A DNA stretch of 64,000 nucleotides, taken from contig CM039002.1 in assembly GCA_017499595.2 (NCBI GenBank), forward strand, positions 3,038,001 to 3,102,000, in the 5' to 3' direction. The notes beneath the pieces were generated by a model. It worked only from the letters and a program-made list of their open reading frames with translations, was not told the origin of the DNA and searched no databases. The translations under genes were made by a program, and so were the position numbers. The DNA is from Psilocybe cubensis (lineage: Eukaryota). Numbering within the stretch: the stretch's first letter is position 1; every line of letters begins with the position of its first letter. This document shows positions 1-11,701 of the stretch, in pieces.

Positions 1-1189
1 CGAAGACCCTCATTTCGTAACCGATGCCGTATACTCCAGCGTTGGTCTACCATCGCATGCAGAAACCGAAAATTACTTGCGACAGACCTTGGGTATCCCA
101 TTGCAAGTTCCTGTCACGCTTTATGCGCTCGCTGACGATCCTCGAGGGCCTAACAAGCCTTCAGTGACCACAATGGCAAGACTCGCAATATGGGGAAGCC
201 CTCATAAGAAGCTGACATTGAACCAAATTTTCGAGGCTGTAGAGCAACGATATCCATCTCTTGGAGCGCTCGTGGACAAGCCCCATAGGGTACGTAAATT
301 CTTATTTACCTTGTGTCTTTCATATTAAGGACAACTATGTAGCGCTCAATACGCCATAATCTGTCGTTGAAGGGAATATTTCGTCGGGAGAAGCGACCCC
401 AGCATGCCCCAGGTCAAGGAGACTACTGGTTTCTCGATGTTAGATATGGCGAAGCGAATAAGCGGCGCCGTCATAAAACGGAGAGGAACATCCCCGAGGG
501 TACTCATGGAACGATTCTTCCTTATCATCCTCCCGAACCCAGCTCCACGCCCTCTCGTCAGGCTCCTTCAAACCTTTTTTTGCATGCACCAGTCCCATAC
601 CGCAAAAACTATTCGACCCCCAATTTGTTGATGGATCCCCTAAGTAACAGGCACCACTCGCAAGAGATGTTGGAATCTCTTCGTGATTCCGAGATCGACC
701 CTCATACTCCTCCTGTTAGGCCATCATACGGAAGCACCATCCCATACTCTGAATATGCTCAAGTGCCCGAGCAGCTTCCTCCGTATTATACCCAGGATAG
801 ATTTATAGCGGCAAGTCAAATTAACGACTTTATAACTCCTCGTGATACTCATATTTGATATATATCCACAGAATGTGAATTACCCTGTAGCAAATGCCAG
901 TGGACATCAGACTCGGCATACTACGGGATATCTACAACCTGTATATACCACTGAACGAGGGCGAGAGTGGAGTAGTAATTTATATCCTGGTCACCGCTAT
1001 CGTCAGGAGGTCCGATACGCCGCCTACGTCCATAATGTCTCGGGAGTCAGCACCAATGTTCGTGAATCGGCTGGCCGCCGTGGCGCTCCGCGGCGAAGTC
1101 ACTCGGACGAGACGTTTGATCGAGATTTTCACGCTGAACAGAGGGACACTGACAGAACGTATAATCATGCCTCAAAATTCATCAAGTGA
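1..1189 (+). CDS. Forkhead-domain transcription factor (5' end outside the window)
   Basis: ARLAIWGSPHKKLTLNQIFEAVEQRYP, intron 290-342 (gtacgt..tag), then RSIRHNLSLKGIFRREKRP..GQGDYWFLD, the forkhead helix 3/wing pattern. A probable GC-AG intron 811-871 joins in frame to the ORF ending at 1189. Confidence 0.85.
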
Positions 1190-3340
1190 ACTACGGCTAA
1201 TTCTTTCGCATAATCATTTTAAAGAATACATTGTATGTCAATTGTGCAATCTGTATCTCTCAATGTCTCTTCTGACTAGCCATATTTTGACAGCGCTCAA
1301 TACCCCATTTTTGCTATCGATTCGCCTCCATTTCGTCGACATGGGAGCCCATCCCCTTATCCATATAGTTTGCGCAATACACGACCTCTACGACCCCCCT
1401 ATGACATGTTTTCTTCTTTGTATCTCATTCTTCGAATTTTCACGCGTCTTCGTACCCATTGACAGGCTGACTATCGACAGATTAGTAATTTTCCCGTTCC
1501 ATGTTTGTATCTGATTTACTCATGAATCTTTTGCTCTTCTGTAATAATTAATAACGACCTGCTATGTATAATGTTTTTCAAATATTCATTCTTCGCTCAC
1601 TGTACAACGCCAATTCGATTGCGTTCCTGTTCTCGCTGTGTTCGGTCAATGCCGCTCGTTCTAAATCGGAGATTGAATGACTCGGTGTCCTGGCCGCATG
1701 GCATCATTGATCGATGATCCTCTACAAATCCCTAGGTCACCCACCATTGTTATTCTTATTATCGCCTGTCCGAGGACGTGAGGAGCACAGCGCCGGTGAC
1801 CACGCGGTATACCTAAAACTATTTCAAGAAACCTATATACTTTTAAATGTTCCCGGCCTCTGCTTAAGTGGAAATTGTCTGCTTTTATGTATTCAATCTC
1901 ACCGGAATCGTACTCGAACCTGTGACTGACTATAAAAGAGTACGGGCGCTACGCCTGAGAACAGCGATCCTACCCGTATTGGTAAGTTTTTACCAAGAAT
2001 GCTGTATCGCTCTGATTAATCGGATTGTGATGGACTTTGGCTTTAAATTTTCGCAGTGCGACTCAACTCCTCATCCAATAGGCGATTGGGAGTCATTTAT
2101 CATGATGGAGAGCGTTTGATCCATAAAACCATTAAGTTCCCATGTACTATAGACATTCACTTACTAGATGGTCAGTTGGCGATACGCCCAGTTGAAATAC
2201 CACCGCCGTGGCGTAAGAATAGTGGGGAAGGAAAATCAATTACCATTCCCGCCCGAGTCATGTTCGAGCGCTGAATTTCTGATTAGTGGCAGATGCTGAG
2301 TATCTTAACCATTTTTTAAAACATCCAAAATAATATAATACTGTAGAAAGGGTTTGGAGGGGGTTGGTCGGAGCCAGTAAGCTACCTATTTTACCCCTCA
2401 AATGAGGCAACTTCAGGCTTCTTCATCGTTGTCTACAACCACTTTGTCGACCTAAATGATGTCAGTTTCTGTATCTTCGGTATGAGTCATTACAAGATTT
2501 CATTGAGAAAGGAACGCCTTTGAACGACACCCGTTTTCGTTTTTACGTTTCAAATTTTACTTAGGACTCTGTTACACGATAGCATGATTCCGTTCTCTGA
2601 TAGCAAGGCCTTCTATCAGAAGATATGATCTCTTTATGTTTCTTCTCATTACTCGTGTTGCTTATCAATGTCTAATCGAGGTATGTGGGCGACCAGCGCA
2701 GCTAGCTATTTTCCAATAGTCGGGAAATGGGAACCTCGGCTACTCTTTGACTCGGGGTTTCTAAATGTCAATGATGTGCCCGTTTTCACGTCTATTTTCA
2801 TTCTGACCATTGGAATATTTAGAAATCACGACAATAACGAAACGGAAGTCTGAATCTTGCTGTGTATTGATGGTGAAAACATAAGGAAGCCACGAAATCG
2901 TGAACACGTCACAAGGTGTAAACAAAGTAGTAAAATTGCTTCCATGTTCATAGCATCAGAGATGTACAAAAATTTTACAAGATACTCGCAGAGCTACCAA
3001 TCTTTGATGGTTGATGGTATAGAAGTGTCAAAGAACCGTCGAAGAGAAGAGCTATCTATTAATACGAATGTTCCCATCTCGTCATACAGCTACGTTCCCG
3101 AATGCTCGTCAGTAAGTACGTCAGCCAAAATCGTTCTACTATTGGACATAACGCCTGAGGTCCACACAGCCTGCTGGACGACTGAGCTGAGGTGGGTTCT
3201 CGACTTGTGTTCAAGTTGTACAGACAGAAAGATTGGGGTGTTTCGTAAGCGCGGATAGTCTAGAAAAAACTTGCTAGCATTTTGTGTGTCCAAGTCACGG
3301 TTTATAAAGGCCGCGAAGTCGATCATAGGATCCACAGTCG

Positions 3341-4949
3341 TCAAGAAGGGGTGTACTCGGGGGGCAATACGACAATTCCCCCCCAGTTTACGTTGTTATG
3401 CAGAGGATCAACCCCATTGCGCAGTCTAATTCCGCTATCCTCGTCTCGCACACTGTTGCCGAGAATGTTGGAAGGAGGTGAAAGCGAGGGAGGACACGAG
3501 ATGCGTCGTTCTCTAGGTGGATCACCTAGCACTCGTGGGGTGGGTGTAACTCCCGCTTCATCCGTCTTTAAATGTGGCCTCCGGGGCCTTCTATCTGTAC
3601 CATCGATGCTGACTCGAGAAAGAGTATACGGCCGCACAAGTGTCGATCGCTTGCTGAGGTTAATCCCAGTCGCAGCGTCCCCATCGTCCTCACCACGTTC
3701 AAATGTGCCATGAATGGTTGTGTTCATGTCACATCGCTGCTGGCGTAGGTGGTGGTAATACCATACGAGGCTCAACACTGTACCAATGAGCACCAGGCCG
3801 CCAAGGAGGTTACCTAAAATTATACCTAATTGCGAGACTAACAATTTGTGGGAGGCAACAGCATTGTTTGAGGGCGGGCTTGTTGAACCGTCGGGAACTT
3901 GAGGCCCGAATGGGCCCACACCTGTCCCGTTCTGAACAATCAGGTGGTCGAGTGACAGTGGCTGCACAACCTGCGTATCCTTCGAGGTGGAATCATATGC
4001 CACTTGCAGCTTGTGGGATTTCTGAGTGGGTGAAGACGGTATAGATGCGTGGAAGAGAAGTATATTGGAAGGCAGAATTGCATTTGATATCGTTGGGTGG
4101 TCGAATACACCGAATGTCGTCAAGGTACCGTTGTCAATGCTGAACGACGCCGACCCCTTTCTGTTCAAGTTCGGGTTCAAAGATGCTGCATACCAGGATA
4201 TCATGTTTCCTGTTAGCAGTCACAAATCCAAAAAGAGAACGCGTGCCACGACACTCAGTTTTCTCGCGAAGATACACGAATCAAATGGAACGCCACGAAC
4301 CGACAAAACTGAACTCCAGCGCTGGACCTGCTGTATTTACCACCTTTGGAAACCCATTCTCATTGTTTGTGAGCGCGGACGCGCTCTCCCACCCAGTGCT
4401 ATACTGGATCTGGGAGTCCCCCGCGTCAATCCACAGTGTCGCGTTGTCTAGTGGCACACTGGCTGATGGTAAATACCTGACATAGTCGAACCAGAACGTG
4501 CGATCCCCTTCAACACGCGCGCGAGTCGTGATTGTGTGCTCTGAACCGTCTTGCAACCCGGATACCGCACACAATGGAATGTTGTTCCCGAAGACGGCTG
4601 AGCCGGGCTGCGCCACTATGGGCCCACTAAGGCCGTCAATAAAGCACTCCCAGGAAGGGTTGGTGACGGGCGTTGAGAGGTCGGTGCTGTTGTACTGCTG
4701 GGTCCCATATACGATGACGGCAGAGCCTATCTCTTTGGTCAAGGTTGTAGACATTAAAAGAGGCATGGGCTGCGACGCACCATGGAATTTGAATGAAACA
4801 CTGCTGTTCGACGCTGTTCCGTGTAAAGTATTGTTGAATGGCGCGCCGTAGCAGCCCATTCCATCGAACTGTGAGCCTTGATATGCGGTCCATGCGCCTT
4901 CGTATGCAATGTAGGGGCTCGTGTTATCGATCATAATCCAGCGAGACAT
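3341..4949 (-). CDS. Single-pass membrane protein with extracellular beta-sandwich-like repeats (Agaricomycete expanded family)
   Basis: ORFs 4281-4949 and 3341-4204 joined by introns; repeated IDN/IDA..I.Y..GW and FWFDYVRY/LDHLIV motifs; hydrophobic segment LGIILGNLLGGLVLIGTVLSLVWYY followed by a basic stretch; C-terminal LPPEYTPS. Confidence 0.75.
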
Positions 4950-5482
4950 TTAGCAGGCCGTAATTGACGAAAAAAGCGGGGAGAAGTTGCACATCATTAC
5001 AATGTTGAATTATAAAGGATTTCAGAGAAAGCTCTCCCATTCCCCCCAAATAGGATTCACCAATTCGTTCGATGGCCATCGCTGTCCGGGAAACGAAGCG
5101 ACATAACCTATTCGATCGAGGGTTTCAATTGATTCTGACCAAAACGAAGTCCCACGCATGCGTGATGCATCAGAAACCTTCGTTAAAATAATAACGACGT
5201 ACGTCTATTCGTAGGGTATTTTTGACTGATGTTGACTCATGTTTTGGAGATCGAGTTATACTATTTTGGATCAAATTTGGGCGAGCCGTGCACAACGCGA
5301 AACTGCTACTATATCACGCACCGGAGTTTTGACAGCGAATGTGAAATTTTGAGCTTGCGGTTTCTTTACACGACTAGAGACGAGGCTGCCGGGCTTCCAA
5401 AACAGTACTAAAAATTAAGATTGAAAATTGAGTTTATAAACGACATTGAAGCAGTGGGCTATGCTCTTACTCTGAATCAGAA

Positions 5483-6933
5483 TCAAAGTCGGAATGAAGG
5501 TTCTCTGATTTCCACCCTGAATGTCCACTCCCTTCGTTCCATTTCCGACTTCTTACATACCGCATAACCACCAAAGATTCTTCCAATGGTCAAGGATTCC
5601 AAGTTCCCCAACCGTTCGGGCATACTCAAGATATCCCCTAATTTGTCAACCAAAACATCTAGGTTCTTGTAGGATCCAGCGTACAGCGGCCAAATGAAAG
5701 ATAATGTTCGCAGTGACGTCGGTATCACACAGGCTCCCTCATGGAGATCTTGCACCAGAGACTACAGTATATAGAGGCGTGAACACAATGCATACCAACA
5801 ATAATAGAATGACATACATTAAGCATCTCTTTATTAACATCAGCATCAATTTGCACCTCCAAGTCTCTGAGACTGGGGAAAGTTGTAGATATGGCCCCAA
5901 AAAAAGTGTTGATGGCGTCCCATGACAAGAACATCGCGGTGAATGAGTCGACGGCTGCAGTGGTGCCTGAAAAGGTCCTTTGAAGCCAGTCAGCAACATT
6001 GGTGTTGTCAAGCTGGTTTGGTAACGGGAACACATTGATTTTGACCACTGGCCTGCCTTTGACTAAGGGTGCATAGTAGGCTGGCCCGTAGTAAACCCGT
6101 AGCCTGGGAATAGCAGTACTTTCGAGACCATCCGGTGCCGTTTCAAGGTCATCATGCGCCTGTGTACACATATCAACATTGAGTTTCTCAAGCAGCGGAC
6201 AGTTGTTGAGAATGCGGTAAAATTTGAGGTGCATGTTGTCTTTTTTGAATAATTCGATGCTCAACAACGTGATATTGCCGCATGCGCCTGCAACAAACAT
6301 GGCCCCAAGATCACTAGCAATCTCAACTTGGTGAAAATGCGGCTTGTAGGTCAAACTTTGTGCTGGGCGGACGTTGTGGTGCATAGCAAGCTCCTTCGTG
6401 CATATGAATCCAGGATTGTCTGTAAGAAAAAGATGATGGAGGGTCTGGAGGGTACCCATTGCAATGATAGCTTCATCGTCAATGTCAACATTATCTAATC
6501 GCAGTGTTGTCAATTGGGTATATCGACTGAGATTCTTTTTAAGAATGGCCCATGCAGTTGCGTGATACTGCGACTTCCAAGTCTCTAACTCGTCCTCAGG
6601 CCCTTGGAAAGTTTTGAAGCCGCGGTACGACAGCTCACGAACGTGCTTTGCATAGCTGCTTGCCGAAAGCTGCTCGAATTTCTCAATACAGTTATTAGCC
6701 CACGCTTCGTAGTTTTGCTGGCTGGCCATGTGGTGTGCAGCGGATGGTCTTGATTGGATGCCGAATCTGATATGCGACGTTCTAAACAGGAACGGCACGA
6801 CGACTTGGCGTAGGAGGTAGCTTGCAGAGCAGTACGCTTGGAGGGTGTCCTTGTCGCAGTGCTGTGCTATTTCTTGATGGATATCGGGTGAGAGGGTAGG
6901 CGTGTTGTAGTGGTGATCTGCGTTTGACGACAT
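5483..6933 (-). CDS. F-box-like / leucine-rich-repeat protein, copy A
   Basis: N-terminal LSPDIHQEIAQHCDKDTLQAYCSASYLLRQVVVPFLFR resembles the Agaricales F-box-like motif; LRR-like segments (LTTLRL, LHHLFL, CPLLEKLNV, FPSLRDLEV); one intron near 5755-5811 links to ORF 5483-5755. Confidence 0.75.
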
Positions 6934-7199
6934 TGTACAACTGGCCAGGCGGTAGAAAGTGTGAAGGTCAAATGCGAGGCAGCAAGAGACAGAGAATCGG
7001 TGTTATTGGGAAGGGAAGAAGGGACGGAGGGAGGAAATGGGTGTAATAAGGAATAGCGGCGGAATTCATGCACCCAATTATTCCACCTTATACAGTGATC
7101 TGACAAGATATATCGATGGTTTACTGATTCCATAGATCATCCAAGATAGTGGACTTCTCGCATCTCGTGAGTATAGCATGAGTAAATCCATGTAAATGC

Positions 7200-7680
7200 C
7201 ACAGTAAAACAACACCCACGCGGATCGATAACAATTATCTCGGACATGCCCGGGTTGTTCACTGTATGAGGTACAATAAGCTGAGCTTGAAATACCTGAC
7301 GTAGTCGAACCAAAACGTGCAATCCCCTTCAACACGCGGGTCGTGATCGTGTGGTGAAAAACGTCTTGCAATCCTAATGCCGCACGCGACGCAATGTTAT
7401 AGGCCCGTCGCTGATGAAGCACTCCCAGGCAGGTTGATAACGGACCTCAAAAGGTAAGCTGTTAGAACCGGTATACGATGACAGCGGAGCCTATATTCTT
7501 AGTCGAGGCTGTAGATTCGGAGAAAGGTATGAGCTACGATGCACCGTGAAGAGTCTGTAGGAAAAATTGGTGTTCGAAGCCGTGCCACGCAGAGTGCTAT
7601 TGAACGGCGCGCCGTAGTAACTCATCCCATCTGACTGTGAGCTTTGACTTGGTTTCCATGCACCTTCGTAAAGCTACAAG
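7200..7680 (-). pseudogene. Decayed 5' fragment of the 3341-4949 membrane-protein gene
   Basis: 7290-7385 aligns by eye with 4471-4570 (aaatacctgac.tagtcgaacca.aacgtgc.atccccttcaacacgcg) and 7571-7670 with 4805-4905, with indels that break the frame. Confidence 0.8.
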
Positions 7681-7887
7681 CTCTTGTATGGCAACGTTAA
7701 AAAATGGGGCGGAGGAAAGCGTGCAGTCGGTGTACTTACGCTATTTCTTACAAATCAGTTTTTCAATGTCCGATGCCGCCACGGGCAACGAACTTCGAAG
7801 TGTGTCGATCCGTTTAAAGCTTGCTAAAACCGTCGTTATACAGTTATATTTTTTAAAACAAAAACAAAAGAAATGCCGCCGCTGCAA

Positions 7888-9400
7888 TCAAGAGTCGTCC
7901 CTACACCTCTCATTTACAAATTGCGGTTTAATGGTCCACTCCCTGGGTTCCTCCTTCGACCTCTCACAGACCAGAAACTCTCGTACGACTTGCCGAATAT
8001 AAAAAGGCTCTGGTACTACTAAACCAATATTCAGAGACTCTAGATTTTTCAACTTTTCCGGCATAGCCAATATTTTTTGTACGCCTTCCAACAACTCCTG
8101 GTAGGTTATGTCAGCGTCCTCGTAGTTCCATTGCAATGACAAGCTCTTCAGTGAGGCTGGTATAGCACACACTCCTGTGCTCAGGTCATCCACAAGACAC
8201 TAGAGTGTATATTAAGTTCAGCATTCTTATAATGACTGACCGACTTACATCGAGTTCTTCATCATCAAAAGATCCTGCAACATCTACTACCAATTCCTCA
8301 AGACTTGGCAGAGTTGTAGGTATGACCCTCAGAAGATCGTCGACCAACATATCTGGAAAGCGTTTCACGCTGAATGATTTAACAGGCACAGTGGTTCCTG
8401 AAAAGGTGTCTTTGAACCAGTCAGTGATATTGGTTTCATCGAGGTCGGAGGGGCTTGGGTACAGGTGAATTTTATGCACCGGCCTCCCTTTGATTATCGC
8501 TGGTGTATAGAAATCTGGGCCGTAATAGCTCCATAGCATGGGTAGAGCGGCGGGATCCAGCCCCGCTGTCGGTCTGTCGGCCATTGCGGTTTTTTCACTG
8601 CCATCTTCCATCACAACGACCGATAACTCCTCGGTAAGTGGACAAGTGCTGAGAATGCGGTAGAGCTCATCTTGCATAGCGTCTTTTCCATATACTTCTA
8701 TTTGCAGCGATTTAATCTTGCTGCATGCACCTGCGAAGAACATGGCCCTGATATCAGCATTCTTGCTATCCAAACCATCGGGGTCGAATATCGGCCAATA
8801 GGTTATATCTCTTGATGGGCGGACATTGTGATGCATAGCAAGATCCATCGAGCAGGAGAATATAACACTGTCGAGCGTGAGATCTTGGAGATTATGCAAC
8901 GTGCCCAAGACAATAACAAACCGATCGTCAATCTCAACATAACTCAACGACAGCTCTTTCAACTGTGCAAATCGACCGAGGGTCCTTGTCAAAACCGGCC
9001 ATGTGACTTTATGGTGCGCCGCCTGCCACCGCCGTATCCCCTCATCATCGAGATTACAACCCTCGGGATACCGGGAAAACGACGTGACGCCGGTGTAGGA
9101 CAGCGTCCGGATGTACTTTGCGTACCTGCTCGCTGAAAGCTGTTCGAACTGCTCTGTCAGTTTGCTGGCCCATGCTTGGTAGTTGTGTGTGTCGGACACA
9201 TCCTCGGTGATGCGTCTGGCAACGCTGACTCCGAATCTGATTTTTGACGCCTTGAAGAGGCACGGTGCAATGGCCTCGCGCAAGTGATGGCTTGCAGAGC
9301 AATATGCCTCAAGAGTGCTCTTGTCGCAGTACTGCGCTATTTCTTGGAGCACATCAAATGGAAGAGGAGGGGCGTTATTGTATCTTGGGATCAAAAACAT
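7888..9400 (-). CDS. F-box-like / leucine-rich-repeat protein, copy B
   Basis: PLPFDVLQEIAQYCDKSTLEAYCSASHHLREAIAPCLFK; shares MHHNVRP and KGRPV motifs and the late intron position with copy A; terminal exon 7888-8193. Confidence 0.75.
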
Positions 9401-10368
9401 TGTGGGAGGTTTTTAGCAAGAGGTTAGATGAGATGTGAGCGACAAGAAGCAGGAAATTTACGGAAAAAGGGGAGAAGAGGGAATTGATACTTTGATCTAA
9501 TAATCCTGATCGTACCAAGTTCCTATATAGTGTGCTGAAACGACATATCGATGGTATTCATATCCGAGGTCATCAGAATATGACCATGAGAACACATGCA
9601 ATCACAATCTTGGCTGCCAGGAAGCAATTGATTTGCACAGATCTTTGACCACTGTATTGAATCAGTCATCGATTTGCTATTTCCACGATATTCCAGCCAA
9701 AAAAGCCTTTAAAAAGCCTGGATAGATATACCAAAGAGGTAATTTTATGAAAATGCATGTGAATCTTGACAAATGACGTAGGAAGCACTATCGATGAATC
9801 GTCTGTCATTATGAAAGGGAGTCTCATTATGAATATGATAAGCATCAGCCAGCATTGAGATTGGCTGTATTTTATAGATTCCGAGCATTTTTGAACCGAT
9901 AAATATACGCTTTTTTTGCTTCAATCAATCACGATGACGCCTCGAGCTACAACTAGGCCGAATATCAGGAGGCTCGACGAATCTCCGGGATCATAATCAT
10001 ACCATCCGTGCTTCTAATATATCTATCTATATTTTGAACCCTCTCTCCCAGGCTGCTGTGTATCTCTGACATCGATCGATGGGGGTGGGCTATGGGCGAT
10101 GGTCAAAAGGTGTATCTGGATCCAATCCAAGCCAGCCGTGCATAACGCGAAACTGATAAGATACGATATCCTTGACGTGCCGTGCAAGGGGATAAACGAA
10201 AGCATGCAGATGCCGCCTCTGTCCACAAATTTCTGTGTCAATGCATTTATAGCATTTCATCGCTAAAAAATGCATTTACAGGAGTATGGGTATAGGTACA
10301 GATAGAGGAAACACAACGGCTGCTTTGTGGGTTATCATCAAGGTATTACATACTGAACAAGATTAAGT

Positions 10369-11701
10369 CATCGGCAAAAGTGACCAGACCCCCAAATGCC
10401 TTTGATGCCTTTTTAAGCAGGTCAATGTTTTGCGTGACATGTTAAGTCACACAAAAACATTTCACTAAAATTTGGAGGTGCACAAAACATTTGGAGAGCA
10501 TTTGAATGCTCCACAAACATTTATGCACCTCAAAGTTCAGTACAAAATATTCCATGTACTTACATTTATCTCTTAATGATTTGTTTGCCATAAAACTTGC
10601 AGGGAACAATTGATTAAAAATAAAAACAAGGAATAAAACATTGAGTTTAACTTTTTGTTGACACAGATGATTAAAGGGCTTCAAATATGTTCAAAATGAT
10701 TTAGGTACAAGAAATTTTACGGACCACACGTAATACCTATGACGCTGGCAGGTTGTTTCCAATACGACACCATTGTCATAAGAATTACATGTACGTGAGA
10801 AATTTGACTTCAAGAAATACAAATTAGCCAAATTAGAGAGGGCGTCTCCTCTGACAAATTAAATCGGAGACTGAATATCCGTTTTGAGCATAATAATCTG
10901 AGACACGCCCACGTCGCTTTCTTTCTACCCTCTCATTTCCACCACTCTGACGATGGCGCTCTCTGGTTTTACTTAACAGTGCAATGCCTCTTTCTTGGTA
11001 CTTTGAGACTGGTATAGAGCTGAAAGGTAAAAGACATGCTCTTTTTTTATCACACAACCCTAACTGACTGTTTTATACCTATTCATGGCATGTTCTTCCT
11101 CTGCCTTGATTACTTCCTTCTCAAGAGTGTAGCTAATAACCAGACACCCATTCTGGTCAACTTATTGGTACGTATATGCGCATATATTTCACATATACTT
11201 GACCATGACTCATCACCAGTGTAGAACTTGTTGCGCATCAATTCGATCACGTGACTCCGTATTTTCCCAGCGCCCAGATTGTAACTAGAATCTGCTTTCT
11301 CTCAGTCATTTCTATGTAGCCTCTTTTGTTTTGAATAGCTTTCAATAATATTTTTCATTTAATTACTACATCCTATTGTGTGAATACCTGAAGTGACTGC
11401 CATGAGTAGAAATATTCAAAATATATCATTGTGTCAATATTGGGTGAACTAAAAATGTTTTTGGGGCTCTCAAAGGCAGCTTAAATGTTATCCAAATGTT
11501 TTTGGGTCTCCCAAATTTTACCGAAATGATTTGATTAAATTTAAATCTAGCTAAAACATTGGGCTTTGTAAATGATTTATAGCCTTTCAAAATTCCGAGT
11601 CTCTTGTTAGTCAATCTAAAAGGCCATTTGGGCCTTGGGGCATTTGGACGCCTCCAAATGCCTTGCCAAGGCATTTGGGGACTTGGTCACTTTTGCCGAT
11701 G
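10369..11701. mobile_element. Non-autonomous DNA transposon with ~34 bp terminal inverted repeats
   Basis: Left end CATCGGCAAAAGTGACCAGACCCCCAAATGCCTT; right end reverse-complemented CATCGGCAAAAGTGACCAAGTCCCCAAATGCCTT. AT-rich interior without a long ORF; short subterminal AAACATTT/AAATGTTT motifs near both ends. No clear TSD. Confidence 0.8.

Larger units (their letters stand above)
4550..10010. repeat. Left arm of inverted segmental duplication (partner ~20115-24100)
   Basis: Reverse complement matches at several anchors: 9781-9800 vs 20400-20430; 9400-8873 vs 20776-21303; 7816-6934 vs 21306-22204; 6933-5400 vs 22205-23735; 4930-4580 vs 23752-24100. Confidence 0.92.

Noticed and set aside
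894-1514. 206-aa ORF overlapping the forkhead 3' end
   Set aside because: Alternative frame running into the probable 3' UTR; no recognisable motif.
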